From: Candidatus Moraniibacteriota bacterium
GTDB taxonomy: Bacteria > Patescibacteriota > Minisyncoccia > Moranbacterales > GCA-2747515
DNA length: 41,822 bases
Reading direction: 5' to 3'
Assembly: GCA_029938745.1 (NCBI GenBank)
Contig: JAOZUJ010000002.1
Coordinates: 1 to 41,822, forward strand
Below are positions 1 through 9,062 of the stretch, in pieces. A model generated the notes under the pieces. The model had not been told where the DNA came from. It did no database searches and saw only the letters and a program-made list of their open reading frames with translations. The position numbers were made by a program, and so were the translations under genes. How positions within the stretch are numbered: the stretch's first letter is position 1; each line of letters opens with the position of its first letter.

Positions 1-55
1 AACCCGAATCCTCGGTACCACAAACCGATGTTCTAACCGTTGAACTATAGTCGCC
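1..55 (-). tRNA. tRNA-His (anticodon GTG), 3' portion cut off by the window edge
   Basis: The reverse complement gives an extra 5' G (G-1, typical of tRNA-His), acceptor GCGACTA, a D-arm GTTC/AACGGTTA/GAAC, and an anticodon arm TCGGT-TTGTGGT-ACCGA. The T-arm runs off position 1. Confidence 0.8.
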
Positions 56-170
56 ACGTAAAAATAAGACTTCTGTAGTGTAACAAAATATTATCTTAAA
101 TTCAAGTGTTCACATTCACACGCGTATACTTGATAAAGATATACTTTTTTAATGTTTTCTTTTAACATTG

Positions 171-244
171 TACCCCGGGAGGGATTCGAACCCCCGACCA
201 ACGGGATAGAAACCCGCTGCTCTAATCCGCTGAGCTACCGAGGC
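171..244 (-). tRNA. tRNA-Arg (anticodon TCT)
   Basis: The reverse complement reads GCCTCGGTAGCTCAGCGGATTAGAGCAGCGGGTTTCTATCCCGT...GGGGGTTCGAATCCCTCCCGGGGTA. It has the anticodon loop TTTCTAT and a GTTCGAATC T-loop. No CCA is encoded. Confidence 0.9.
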
Positions 245-251
245 ACTTTTG

Positions 252-324
252 TGCGCCGTGAGGGATTTGAACCCCCGACCGTTTGGTTAAGAGCCAACTG
301 CTCTACCAACTGAGCTAACGGCGC
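252..324 (-). tRNA. tRNA-Lys (anticodon CTT)
   Basis: The reverse complement reads GCGCCGTTAGCTCAGTTGGTAGAGCAGTTGGCTCTTAACCAAACGGTCGGGGGTTCAAATCCCTCACGGCGCA. The acceptor pairs GCGCCGT/ACGGCGC and the anticodon loop is CTCTTAA. Confidence 0.9.
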
Positions 325-372
325 ACGACATAATAAAGTATATAGAAAAAATTGCTTTTAGTCAATATAAAA

Positions 373-399
373 CAACAAGCCCATTTTGCAGACTTGTTG
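373..399 (-). terminator. Weak candidate intrinsic terminator after the 1011-aa gene
   Basis: A 7-bp stem CAACAAG/CTTGTTG with a 13-nt loop. On the minus strand it is followed by TTTTAT and lies about 35 nt past the stop at 433. Confidence 0.35.
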
Positions 400-432
400 C
401 TTTGATTACATAATATTTTTGAGAATAAAATA

Positions 433-3400
433 CTATTCTTCTTCTGGTGGTGCCACTTCTTCTGGTGGTGCCGTCGCTTCTTCATCTTCTTGAACAGCCT
501 CATCAGAGCCTACAACAACCACAATGCCATGATTATATGTTGCCGTTTCCTCATCATCCCGCTCAGATGTCACATTACTAAATTGTGCACGCAGAACTTT
601 TTCGATATTACGCACTTCATTACGATCAGTGTCTCCACTATACATCACAACAACACCTTTGTGTTCCACATCTTCATTACGTGGCTCCGCAACATCATAA
701 CCTCCTTGCTCTAATAATTGCTGTCCTTGTGTGGCCTCTGATTCACTATTTTTACCACTAATCACCAATACAGATACTTTTTGAGCCTCCTCTTCACCAT
801 CCACGTCTTCTGATTCTTTTTCTGCAGTATCCATACCATCATTTACTTCACCCTGCTGACTTGCATCAACATTACTACCGCCTTGCTCCACAGTATCAAT
901 AAGTCCCTGAATATTTTCACGTGCTTTTTCATCTTCTTCTGGTAGCATTGCCAATATTTTTTTGTACTCAGCAACTGCCTCATCTCGCCTACCAGTTCGT
1001 TCATATAAAAGTCCAAGATTCAAATGAGAATTAACTTCTTGATCATTTACACCAATAATCTGCAATAGTAATTCCTCTGCATTTTTATTGTCCTCATCTG
1101 TTCCACGAACCTGCAATAAACGTGCAAGATTAAATCCATAATTAATTTGACGTGAAAGCAACTGTTGTCCAGATAAACTTCCATCATATTGCGCAACTTG
1201 CAATGCTGTTGTCATTGCCTCAATTGCTGCATCAGTGTTACCAAGCGCTTCCTCAGTAATTGCAATATAATAATATGCTGGTGCAAATACGCTCATCTCT
1301 TGCTCACCATAATCAAATGTTGTTTTTTCTTTTGCTGATTCAAATAATGTTTTTGCCTCATTGATAAGTGCTGTCTTTTCTTCTGTTGCATCTTCACCTT
1401 TTGATTGTGCTTCCATTAATTTTAATTTTCCAACTGCAATATCAAGGTATGGATTTTGTGGCTCAAGCTCCCTTGCACGTTCATATGATGCCATTGCCTG
1501 CGTTAGCGCGCCATTGACATACCCTCCACTATTTTCATAGATAAATCCAGCTGTTTCATTTGCCAAAACATCATTTGGCATCAATTCACGTCCAGCTGTT
1601 GCAGCACCTGTTGCACTATTGACAAAGCTTGCAACTTTTTCACTATTTGCATTTTCATTACCCTTTGCCAATTCCATATTTGCCAAGTCCAGTGCATATT
1701 GACTAATAATTGTAAAATATCGCCCCTCTTGTCCATTCAAATTTACTGCTTGCATGAACTTCTCTGATGATTGTTCAAAATTATTTTGCACACGTGCCTT
1801 AAGTGCACTGCCTGCGTGCATATCTGCAACAAACATTTTGCCCAAAGTCACGAATCCGAAAATCACACCAACCGCAACCAAAATAGCGAGAAATGCAAAT
1901 GAAAGTGCATTTTGTGGTGTCGATGACATTGATAATACAAGTTTAGTGTCATCTCCCTCTGGAAGACTTTCACGCAATAAGCCAATCGACATCGCCGCTA
2001 GTAAAACACCATAAAGCACGATCATCCCATCCACTGCCCAGAACATTCCATAGATCATTGCCATAAGCGATGTCAAAAACAATCCCAATGAAATTACTTT
2101 TGATTGATCATCTTCTGAACGTGCAAATGCATGCACAACTGTACTAATATATGTCAAAAAGATAATGAAAAGCGCAATAACTCCTAAAATACCAGTCGTT
2201 GAAATGCTTTCCAATAAAACACCTCGATCGGAATAGAAACGAATATCATACTGACCACTCATATTTAATTCTTTTGGACGATGCAAAGAAAAGTTATATC
2301 CATATGTCCCTGGCCCACTACCAAGTATCGGCTTACTTTTAATCGCATTTTTTGCAACATCCAAAGAAAGACCAAATTTTAATGACGCCTCTGGTTGTAT
2401 GGCTGTACGAGTAAACAACGGTTGTCCATAGATCAAAAATCCGACAAGAAGTAAAAATACAACAATTGAAATTGCAGATGTTTTTTGTGCAACTTTAATG
2501 TATCCACTAATTGAAAATACTAAAATAAGTGCAACCGCAGCCAAAACAACATACCATCGAACATACCCAAATAAAACAGATAGTGCAATTGTATTGAGAA
2601 TTGTAAGAATAAATAATACGCCTGTTAATATCTTTGATTTTATACTTTTACCTTCCTTCGTGTCTAACAGAGAAAGAGAAATAATGAACATCGGCAACAT
2701 CATTGAAAGAAATGCTGCGAGTGATGTAAATGAACCCGTTAAACTTGGTGAGATATATTGCAATATTTCCTGTGGTACAAAACGCATCGTTGTCAAAAAT
2801 GACCATACAACAACGATACCACCACTCGTAACAACTGCCCACCATAACATCATTACTCGTTTTTTTGATACATACGACACAATCAGGTAATATGCCAAAA
2901 TTAGTGCTGTGATGCTCATCAATCCATTGACAGGATTGCCAAAGAAACCAAAGAAACTATGATACTTATCAACAGAGAAAATCGTTGCTAAGAGATATAC
3001 AACCCAAAAAATTCCAAGCGGGATATCAAGTGACGTTCTCCGAATTTCAATTTTACCACCTAAAATTCCGCGTGTTGCCCATGCAATCACTCCAATAAAT
3101 ACCCAAAAATAAAAATAGTATTGCTTTTCAAATGAAATACCCTGATATGTCATATTCAAGAAAAACAACGGCAGTCCAAAAAACAACATAAAAATACACA
3201 CAGTCACAATTTTATCTAAAATTGATACTGTTTTTTCTGATCGTATTGGCGTCGCTTTATTTTTTGGCTTCTTTTGTTGTGGTGGTTGCGCCTGATTATT
3301 TATTTGTCCAGTGCTACTTGTTCTAGTATTTTGTTGTGGTTGCGCCCCCGTGTGATACCTATTATTTGGCATGCCTCCACGCATATTCTGGTTTTGTGGT

Positions 3401-3468
3401 TGTCCAACAGGAACTTGATTTCCTTGTGCTCCTTGTTGTGTCCGTGCATTACGTGTCATTTCATCCAT
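433..3468 (-). CDS. Polytopic membrane protein, O-antigen-ligase/polymerase (Wzy_C)-like, fused to a TPR array and a C-terminal LytR_C-like domain
   Basis: 1011-aa ORF with an ATG start. Residues 1-80 form a Q/N/P-rich tail. Residues ~85-545 contain many hydrophobic helices plus GSGPGTYGYNF. Residues ~560-850 are TPR-like (e.g. LGLLYERTGRRDEAVAEYKKIL). Residues ~897-988, VSVLVISGK...GYDV...VVVMYSG...HGIVVVVGSD, fit the LytR_C pattern. The C-terminus is acidic (PPEE repeat). Confidence 0.7.
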   Translation of the reverse strand: MDEMTRNARTQQGAQGNQVPVGQPQNQNMRGGMPNNRYHTGAQPQQNTRTSSTGQINNQAQPPQQKKPKNKATPIRSEKTVSILDKIVTVCIFMLFFGLPLFFLNMTYQGISFEKQYYFYFWVFIGVIAWATRGILGGKIEIRRTSLDIPLGIFWVVYLLATIFSVDKYHSFFGFFGNPVNGLMSITALILAYYLIVSYVSKKRVMMLWWAVVTSGGIVVVWSFLTTMRFVPQEILQYISPSLTGSFTSLAAFLSMMLPMFIISLSLLDTKEGKSIKSKILTGVLFILTILNTIALSVLFGYVRWYVVLAAVALILVFSISGYIKVAQKTSAISIVVFLLLVGFLIYGQPLFTRTAIQPEASLKFGLSLDVAKNAIKSKPILGSGPGTYGYNFSLHRPKELNMSGQYDIRFYSDRGVLLESISTTGILGVIALFIIFLTYISTVVHAFARSEDDQSKVISLGLFLTSLMAMIYGMFWAVDGMIVLYGVLLAAMSIGLLRESLPEGDDTKLVLSMSSTPQNALSFAFLAILVAVGVIFGFVTLGKMFVADMHAGSALKARVQNNFEQSSEKFMQAVNLNGQEGRYFTIISQYALDLANMELAKGNENANSEKVASFVNSATGAATAGRELMPNDVLANETAGFIYENSGGYVNGALTQAMASYERARELEPQNPYLDIAVGKLKLMEAQSKGEDATEEKTALINEAKTLFESAKEKTTFDYGEQEMSVFAPAYYYIAITEEALGNTDAAIEAMTTALQVAQYDGSLSGQQLLSRQINYGFNLARLLQVRGTDEDNKNAEELLLQIIGVNDQEVNSHLNLGLLYERTGRRDEAVAEYKKILAMLPEEDEKARENIQGLIDTVEQGGSNVDASQQGEVNDGMDTAEKESEDVDGEEEAQKVSVLVISGKNSESEATQGQQLLEQGGYDVAEPRNEDVEHKGVVVMYSGDTDRNEVRNIEKVLRAQFSNVTSERDDEETATYNHGIVVVVGSDEAVQEDEEATAPPEEVAPPEEE

Positions 3469-3550
3469 AGTGTATAAATTATATATTTATTCTTACTTAA
3501 TTATTTATATAATATTATACCATAATGATATAATATTCAAATATTTGTAT

Positions 3551-4060
3551 CTAATAGTGTACACCATTACCTACAATAATGCCAAATTTATCTACACCTC
3601 CTGCTGGCAACTCTAAAACTTTATCAACTGATTCTATTGTCCAAACAATTTTTTCTGGTGTTTTATATGACACACGTTCTGAAATATCAACAACCACATC
3701 ATCTCGTATCCAAACAATATCAATATCAAAGTTCATATCCTTCATCCAAAATGTATAGTTATCTGCTGTATCAAAAATAAAAAGCATGCCACATTTTTCA
3801 CACAATGCTTTTTGTCCACTCAGTCCTTGTTGTCGTTGCTCTGTTGTGTCAGCAATAGTAACATAGATAGTTTGTCCATTAATAACAATACTTTTTTGTT
3901 GTTGTCCTGGTATGTTGGCAGTATCAACATCACCATCTTGCTCATTAATAACAGCACTTTTTTGTTTGTACACAACAAAAATCATACTTATAATGACAAC
4001 TATAAATATAATACTGAAATACAAATATTTTTTATGAAAATAATTTTTTCTTCCCGTCAT
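3551..4060 (-). CDS. DUF192 (UPF0127) family protein with an N-terminal membrane anchor
   Basis: Contains MLFIFD...YTFWMKDMNFDIDIVWIRDD..VVDI, the typical DUF192 core. The ORF-track start at 4072 is TTG, so I prefer the in-frame ATG at 4060. The CDS overlaps the upstream gene's end. Confidence 0.75.
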   Translation of the reverse strand: MTGRKNYFHKKYLYFSIIFIVVIISMIFVVYKQKSAVINEQDGDVDTANIPGQQQKSIVINGQTIYVTIADTTEQRQQGLSGQKALCEKCGMLFIFDTADNYTFWMKDMNFDIDIVWIRDDVVVDISERVSYKTPEKIVWTIESVDKVLELPAGGVDKFGIIVGNGVHY

Positions 4061-5069
4061 ATGACAATGCAATAAAAAATAATACGATCATGCTACAAAA
4101 AATAATAAGTGCAATTACTTTACTTGTTGTTTGTGTTGTCACTGCAATAATTGCACTGAGTATCGTTACGCCATAATATAAAAATAAGATCTGCCACACA
4201 CTCCATCCGCGATCTAATAATCGATGATGGAGATGTTCTTTGTCGCCATGAAAAATTGATTTGCCACTTCGTGCACGGTGCCATACAACCCATAGTGCAT
4301 CTACAAGAGGCACAGAAAGCACAAGAAGTGCGGTACCAATTTTTGCACCAGCAGCAATCGCCATCAGAGAAAGTGCATAACCCATAAAAAAAGCACCACT
4401 TGAACCAGCAAAGATCTTTGCTGGTGGTAAATTGAAAATCAAAAATCCTGCAACACTTCCAACTAAGATAATCGCCATAATAGCAATTGGCGGTTGCATA
4501 ACATGTGGTTGCAAAGAAATAATGAATAATGTCAATGCAGCAATAACAACAACACCTCCTGCAAGACCGTCTATCCCATCACACCAATTAATTGCATTCA
4601 TGATAACGAGCATCCATACAAGCATAAATAACAAACTAAATATCAACATGTTATCATGCACAAGCCACACGACACCACCAAATGGGTTTGTGATAAATTC
4701 TGTTCGCACACCTATGATAAATACAACGAGTATGATCGAAACCTGTGAAAAAATTTGTGTCTGCCAACTAAGTGGCTTAAGATCATCAATAATACCAAAA
4801 AGCAGTATCAGCAATCCTCCAACGATCATCGCCCACACAATATGATCAAAAAAAAGATACTCGTTCCAGAGTAATGACAAAATAAATGCCGTAATAATTG
4901 CAAGTCCTCCAAAACGTGAAATATTTTTTTTATGAATATGCCTCGCACCCACTCTATTATTACGTAGTGGAGCAATACGAAAAAGAAATATAAACAAAAG
5001 ACATAAAACACTCGCCACACCAAATCCGATGAGAAAAGGTTGACCATAAAATAGAATTGATGCGATCAT
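4032..5069 (-). CDS. Glycosyltransferase family 4 polyprenyl-phosphate sugar-1-phosphate transferase (MraY/WecA/TagO family)
   Basis: About 10 TM helices. Motifs GIIDDLKPL and NAINWCDGIDGLAGG are characteristic of the MraY/WecA family. The ATG overlaps the upstream stop (ATGA at 5066-5069). Confidence 0.85.
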   Translation of the reverse strand: MIASILFYGQPFLIGFGVASVLCLLFIFLFRIAPLRNNRVGARHIHKKNISRFGGLAIITAFILSLLWNEYLFFDHIVWAMIVGGLLILLFGIIDDLKPLSWQTQIFSQVSIILVVFIIGVRTEFITNPFGGVVWLVHDNMLIFSLLFMLVWMLVIMNAINWCDGIDGLAGGVVVIAALTLFIISLQPHVMQPPIAIMAIILVGSVAGFLIFNLPPAKIFAGSSGAFFMGYALSLMAIAAGAKIGTALLVLSVPLVDALWVVWHRARSGKSIFHGDKEHLHHRLLDRGWSVWQILFLYYGVTILSAIIAVTTQTTSKVIALIIFCSMIVLFFIALSYDGKKKLFS

Positions 5070-6760
5070 TTCTTGTGTTTAATCGTTTTATCTGTTACCC
5101 AAAATTCTGTAAAATATTTTTTGAATAAAATACGTGTTTGTGAATCAATTGCCGGAGTTGCACCAAGAAATGGTGCAATAATTGGCACAAGCAACCATTG
5201 CAATACCATATGAATATATCTACTACGTGAATACCTCGCTGGACGCTTTGGCAATAAGAACATAGAAAGTGAAATGGAAATTGCCAATCCAGTCATTGCA
5301 AGCAACATTAAAAATCGCGTCACAAAAGGTAAAATATGCGCAACCGTGCTTTGATTGAACTCATCGCCACCAAAAATAAGTGGCAACCAACCAAGAATTG
5401 CAAGAATAAATGGTGCAGTTGCCCATGAATGATGTCCTTCTAACATCTCAAAAGCGTTTTTGAATTTTTCCGTAAATGCAATTTTTTTATCTGGCCAAGT
5501 TGCACGCATGATAATGGGAAAATTTTCTATTCCATACGCCCACCGCCTTTTTTGTTTATATTGGTTTTTGATCGTACCTAAATATGTGTCAGATAAAACA
5601 GCATCCATTGATATTGGTAAATAAATTGGCTTTACAGAATATTCTCCATGATAATAACTGTACCCCTTCCAATAAATAATAGAATCCTCACTGATCATAT
5701 TCACTGGCCAATAATCCACATCGACAAGTGTTTTGAATGGTTCTGAATGTGATGAAAATGTCACCATTTCCTTACGTGTGCTTTGAAACATGTGCCAAAA
5801 TGATGAGCTTGTTACAATTACACGAACAAATGCGTTTGTGTCCCATAAATTATTATGATACAGAGGAATTGGTTGATATGCTCTTTGCAATCGTTGTGGC
5901 TCAATAATATATTCGTATGTAAGTGCAGCAAAATATTGTGGGTGCACAACACTCTCACAATCAAAATTAGAAAATATAACACGCTCATAATCAATGTCAT
6001 GCTCATCAAGATAACTACGCAACTTTTTTGCAGCATATGTTGCGTTTGATGCCTTACACTTCATCTCACCGTCAGCAACTTCATGTGCCGTAACTAAAAA
6101 ATCACGAAATACCCCATCATATTTCTCGGTTAAAAATTTTACCTTCTCTTCTCGTTTTTCTTTGTCCTCTCGTGATTCTGTTGCTAATAATATGATAATC
6201 CTATGATTTGGATAACTGCTCTGTGCAATTGATGCAAGCGCAGGATCAATATTTGCAGCTCCTTCTGTTGCGGTCGGTAACATCACAACATGAATCACAT
6301 CATGCCAATCCATTATGTCTTCTGAATTTAATTGGTGCATTTTTTGCAATAACTTGCTACTCTGGGTAATTTCTTTTTTAAGTATTTTTTTTTCATGATA
6401 TCCCCGCATGTTCCGCAACATGTCTTTCATGTCTACAATATTTTTTGCAATCTCCTGTGCATATTCTTCTGACTCCCCCACCTTTGAACAACGATCCAGC
6501 CAGTTTATTTTTTGACCTCTTTTAAGTTTTTTATATGCTTTTACAGAATAGTATGAAATAAAAACTGTACGATGAATCCAATAAATATCAAAAGCGATAA
6601 TTGCTACAGCAACCCACATCGGTACAAGAAATGAAAAAACAACCATACCAATAAGTGTCGTCCACGTCAAAATCGCAGGAATCACTTCGAGACGTCTATG
6701 CACACGTCGTTCCCGCGGATCTTTTGTTTGTGGATTTGGAAAACTAAATGTATCACTCAT
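5066..6760 (-). CDS. Membrane-embedded processive family-2 glycosyltransferase (cellulose/chitin/PNAG-synthase-like)
   Basis: Two N-terminal TM helices, a cytoplasmic GT-A region (NFDCES, ISEDS resembling TED) and a Q-x-x-RW motif (QKRRWAYG), followed by C-terminal TM helices. Confidence 0.8.
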   Translation of the reverse strand: MSDTFSFPNPQTKDPRERRVHRRLEVIPAILTWTTLIGMVVFSFLVPMWVAVAIIAFDIYWIHRTVFISYYSVKAYKKLKRGQKINWLDRCSKVGESEEYAQEIAKNIVDMKDMLRNMRGYHEKKILKKEITQSSKLLQKMHQLNSEDIMDWHDVIHVVMLPTATEGAANIDPALASIAQSSYPNHRIIILLATESREDKEKREEKVKFLTEKYDGVFRDFLVTAHEVADGEMKCKASNATYAAKKLRSYLDEHDIDYERVIFSNFDCESVVHPQYFAALTYEYIIEPQRLQRAYQPIPLYHNNLWDTNAFVRVIVTSSSFWHMFQSTRKEMVTFSSHSEPFKTLVDVDYWPVNMISEDSIIYWKGYSYYHGEYSVKPIYLPISMDAVLSDTYLGTIKNQYKQKRRWAYGIENFPIIMRATWPDKKIAFTEKFKNAFEMLEGHHSWATAPFILAILGWLPLIFGGDEFNQSTVAHILPFVTRFLMLLAMTGLAISISLSMFLLPKRPARYSRSRYIHMVLQWLLVPIIAPFLGATPAIDSQTRILFKKYFTEFWVTDKTIKHKK

Positions 6761-7146
6761 AAAGAAAAGTTATTGAGTACAATACTCAGTGCGGCAATCA
6801 GTAATGCGATATTTGCAAATAACGCTCCTAATAAAACAATATATGCCCCAACACGTTCTTTTGCGTTATACAACATATATCCAATGATCACATCAATCAA
6901 GAAAAACATCATACCCATAAACGGCAACAAATATGCTTGCCACCATGGCGCATGTAAACTTGTGCCAAAGAAAACATTGTACTGTAATCGCAATGGTAAA
7001 TCTGATGGGTGTACATAAAATGCAAATAACACAATAACACCAATATTGATAAAAACAATTGCAATCGTAACCCAATGCACGATTGCATTTTTCCAAAATG
7101 TTACATCACTAAACTCTGTATTATATTGTACGTGTTGTTGATTCAT
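6757..7146 (-). CDS. Small integral membrane protein (about 3 TM helices), unknown function
   Basis: 129-aa ORF. Its stop overlaps the GT2 start (ATGA at 6757-6760) and it begins 4 nt after rmuC. It is hydrophobic with no recognisable motif. Confidence 0.6.
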   Translation of the reverse strand: MNQQHVQYNTEFSDVTFWKNAIVHWVTIAIVFINIGVIVLFAFYVHPSDLPLRLQYNVFFGTSLHAPWWQAYLLPFMGMMFFLIDVIIGYMLYNAKERVGAYIVLLGALFANIALLIAALSIVLNNFSL

Positions 7147-7149
7147 AAT

Positions 7150-8229
7150 TTATTCCTCTGTCAGAGAGGGTTTATCCACTTGCTCCACTTCAATTTGCCG
7201 ATCTTCCCTTTGGGTAATACGCATTACATCCTTATCGATCTTTCCTAATTCACTATATGCACGATTAAAGTGACTTACTGTTGTTCCAAGTGTTTTACCT
7301 AGTTTGCCTATATATGTCTCAAATGTCAACCAATGTTTGTTTAATTGCTCTACACGTACTTTGATATCTTTTGCGTTTTCTTCAATTTCCAATGCGCGCA
7401 AACCTTGCAAAACAGTTTGCAAATACGCCAAGAATGATGTCGGCGATACAATTACGACTTGTTTGTCTCGAAATGCGTATTCGATCATGTTCACATCTCC
7501 AACTCGATTAACCAATAGATCATAATAAATCGCTTCTGACGGAATGAACATAAACGCAAATTCTGTTGTATTTTCTTCTGGGCGAACATACTTCGATGTT
7601 TCATCAATTCGTTTTTTCAGGTCTTGTCGAAATTCTTTTTGTAATGCAGTAATGTTATCATTTTCTCCAGCATTGATAATTCGTTCATAATTTTCCAACG
7701 AAAATTTTGAATCAATTGGAATCATTTTATCTTTTGCAAAAACAACCGCATCTACAATCTCCCCGTTTGAAAATGCGTATTGCATTTGAAATGTATCTGG
7801 TGGCAAGACATTGGAAAGTACATGCTCCAAAATAAATTCACCCAATACACCGCGTTGTTTTGGATTTCTCAAAATGTCTTGCAGATCTTGTAACTGTTGT
7901 GAAAAATCTACAATTCGTTGATTTGTTTTATCAAGATTGCCTAATTGTTTATTTACATGATCAATCAATCGTTCTGATTTTTGTGAAATCTCATTGATTA
8001 CCTCTCGTGCCTCACGAAATTGATTTTGACCTGATTGATGCATACGTTCAAGATTTTGTTCTACTGACGAACGCATTTTTTCATTTGCATTACCCATGTC
8101 TTGCATTTGTTGAGACACTACACTTAATTTTTCACTCTCATGTTCATCCTTGCTAGAACGCGAAATCATCACAATATTAATAATTGCCAAAACAATGAGA
8201 ACCGTAAGAAATATATAAATAATGAACAT
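7150..8229 (-). CDS. rmuC: DNA recombination protein RmuC
   Basis: An N-terminal TM helix, a coiled coil, then DAVVFAKDKMIPIDSKFSLENY, FMFIPSEAIY and VVIVSPTSFLAYLQ, which match the RmuC nuclease-like core. Confidence 0.8.
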   Translation of the reverse strand: MFIIYIFLTVLIVLAIINIVMISRSSKDEHESEKLSVVSQQMQDMGNANEKMRSSVEQNLERMHQSGQNQFREAREVINEISQKSERLIDHVNKQLGNLDKTNQRIVDFSQQLQDLQDILRNPKQRGVLGEFILEHVLSNVLPPDTFQMQYAFSNGEIVDAVVFAKDKMIPIDSKFSLENYERIINAGENDNITALQKEFRQDLKKRIDETSKYVRPEENTTEFAFMFIPSEAIYYDLLVNRVGDVNMIEYAFRDKQVVIVSPTSFLAYLQTVLQGLRALEIEENAKDIKVRVEQLNKHWLTFETYIGKLGKTLGTTVSHFNRAYSELGKIDKDVMRITQREDRQIEVEQVDKPSLTEE

Positions 8230-8250
8230 GCTTGTTTGTAGATAAATAAG

Positions 8251-8853
8251 TTACTTTTGTAAAGTTAAAATAAAGTTTTGAAGTTTTGGTACTTTATTCA
8301 CAATAATGTCATGTGGCGAACTCAAAACCTCAATCAAGAAACGATCCATCATATCCAATCGATACACCAGCTCATCACTCGTCATTGCCATATATCGCAC
8401 TTCCTTACCAACTTCTATTTCAATTACCTCAATTGCCTTTGCTAATTTTGTACGACTCATATCATCACATACGATCAAAATATCAATTCGTGATTTATCA
8501 TAATTGAGAAATATTCCACTCACAAGAATTAATTTTACATTACCAGCATCATTAATTCTTTTCAATTCTTTACATTGTGGATATGTATTTGCCTTAATGA
8601 AAAGATTACGTAATTCTGCATAATATGGGAAAGTCTCGTTAAGCGTAAAATATTTTTCACCCTTGCGCGTTGTCTGACTGATAAATTCGATACGCAAGAG
8701 CGTATTGATATCAGCACGTATGCGTCTTCCATCCATGTTCATCTTTACTTTCAATTCTTTCATCGTTATTTCTTTTCCTGGATTTAACACAAAAAATCGC
8801 AATAGTCTGGAGCGTGACTTTGAACCAAATAAACTCTCTAAAATTTCCGGCAT
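8251..8853 (-). CDS. Putative winged-helix (ArsR-like) DNA-binding protein with a C-terminal nucleotidyltransferase-like domain
   Basis: 200-aa ORF. The N-terminus SRSRLLRFFVLNPGKEITMKELKVKMN resembles a wHTH. The function call is weak. Confidence 0.5.
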   Translation of the reverse strand: MPEILESLFGSKSRSRLLRFFVLNPGKEITMKELKVKMNMDGRRIRADINTLLRIEFISQTTRKGEKYFTLNETFPYYAELRNLFIKANTYPQCKELKRINDAGNVKLILVSGIFLNYDKSRIDILIVCDDMSRTKLAKAIEVIEIEVGKEVRYMAMTSDELVYRLDMMDRFLIEVLSSPHDIIVNKVPKLQNFILTLQK

Positions 8854-9021
8854 AATAATACAAATTCAATAAATTATATACCTCCTCCCTTCATTATCTT
8901 AAGTGTACTATCAAACAAAACAAAATTCAAGACCGTGCACATTATTGAAAATATATATACCAAAAAAATTATTTTTATATCACGTTTTTCCTTTATTTTT
9001 GGACAAATTCTTTTACACACT

Positions 9022-9050
9022 TTGCATGAACTGCAAATTCTTTGTATACT
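9022..9050 (+). promoter_or_regulatory. Candidate sigma70-type promoter for the 9063 gene
   Basis: TTGCAT (9022-9027), a 17-nt spacer, then TATACT (9045-9050). The -10 lies inside the inverted repeat GTATAC-TGAGA-GTATAC. Confidence 0.4.
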
Positions 9051-9062
9051 GAGAGTATACGA

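Noticed and set aside
9042-9062. ORF-track start positions at 9042, 4072, 25660 and 32480.
   Set aside because: These are TTG or GTG codons (checked in the sequence) upstream of in-frame ATGs that give sensible N-termini: 9063, 4060, 25603 and 32438. In addition, 9042 lies on the predicted -10 box and 32480 abuts the terminator palindrome. The ATG starts are preferred, but this is not proven.
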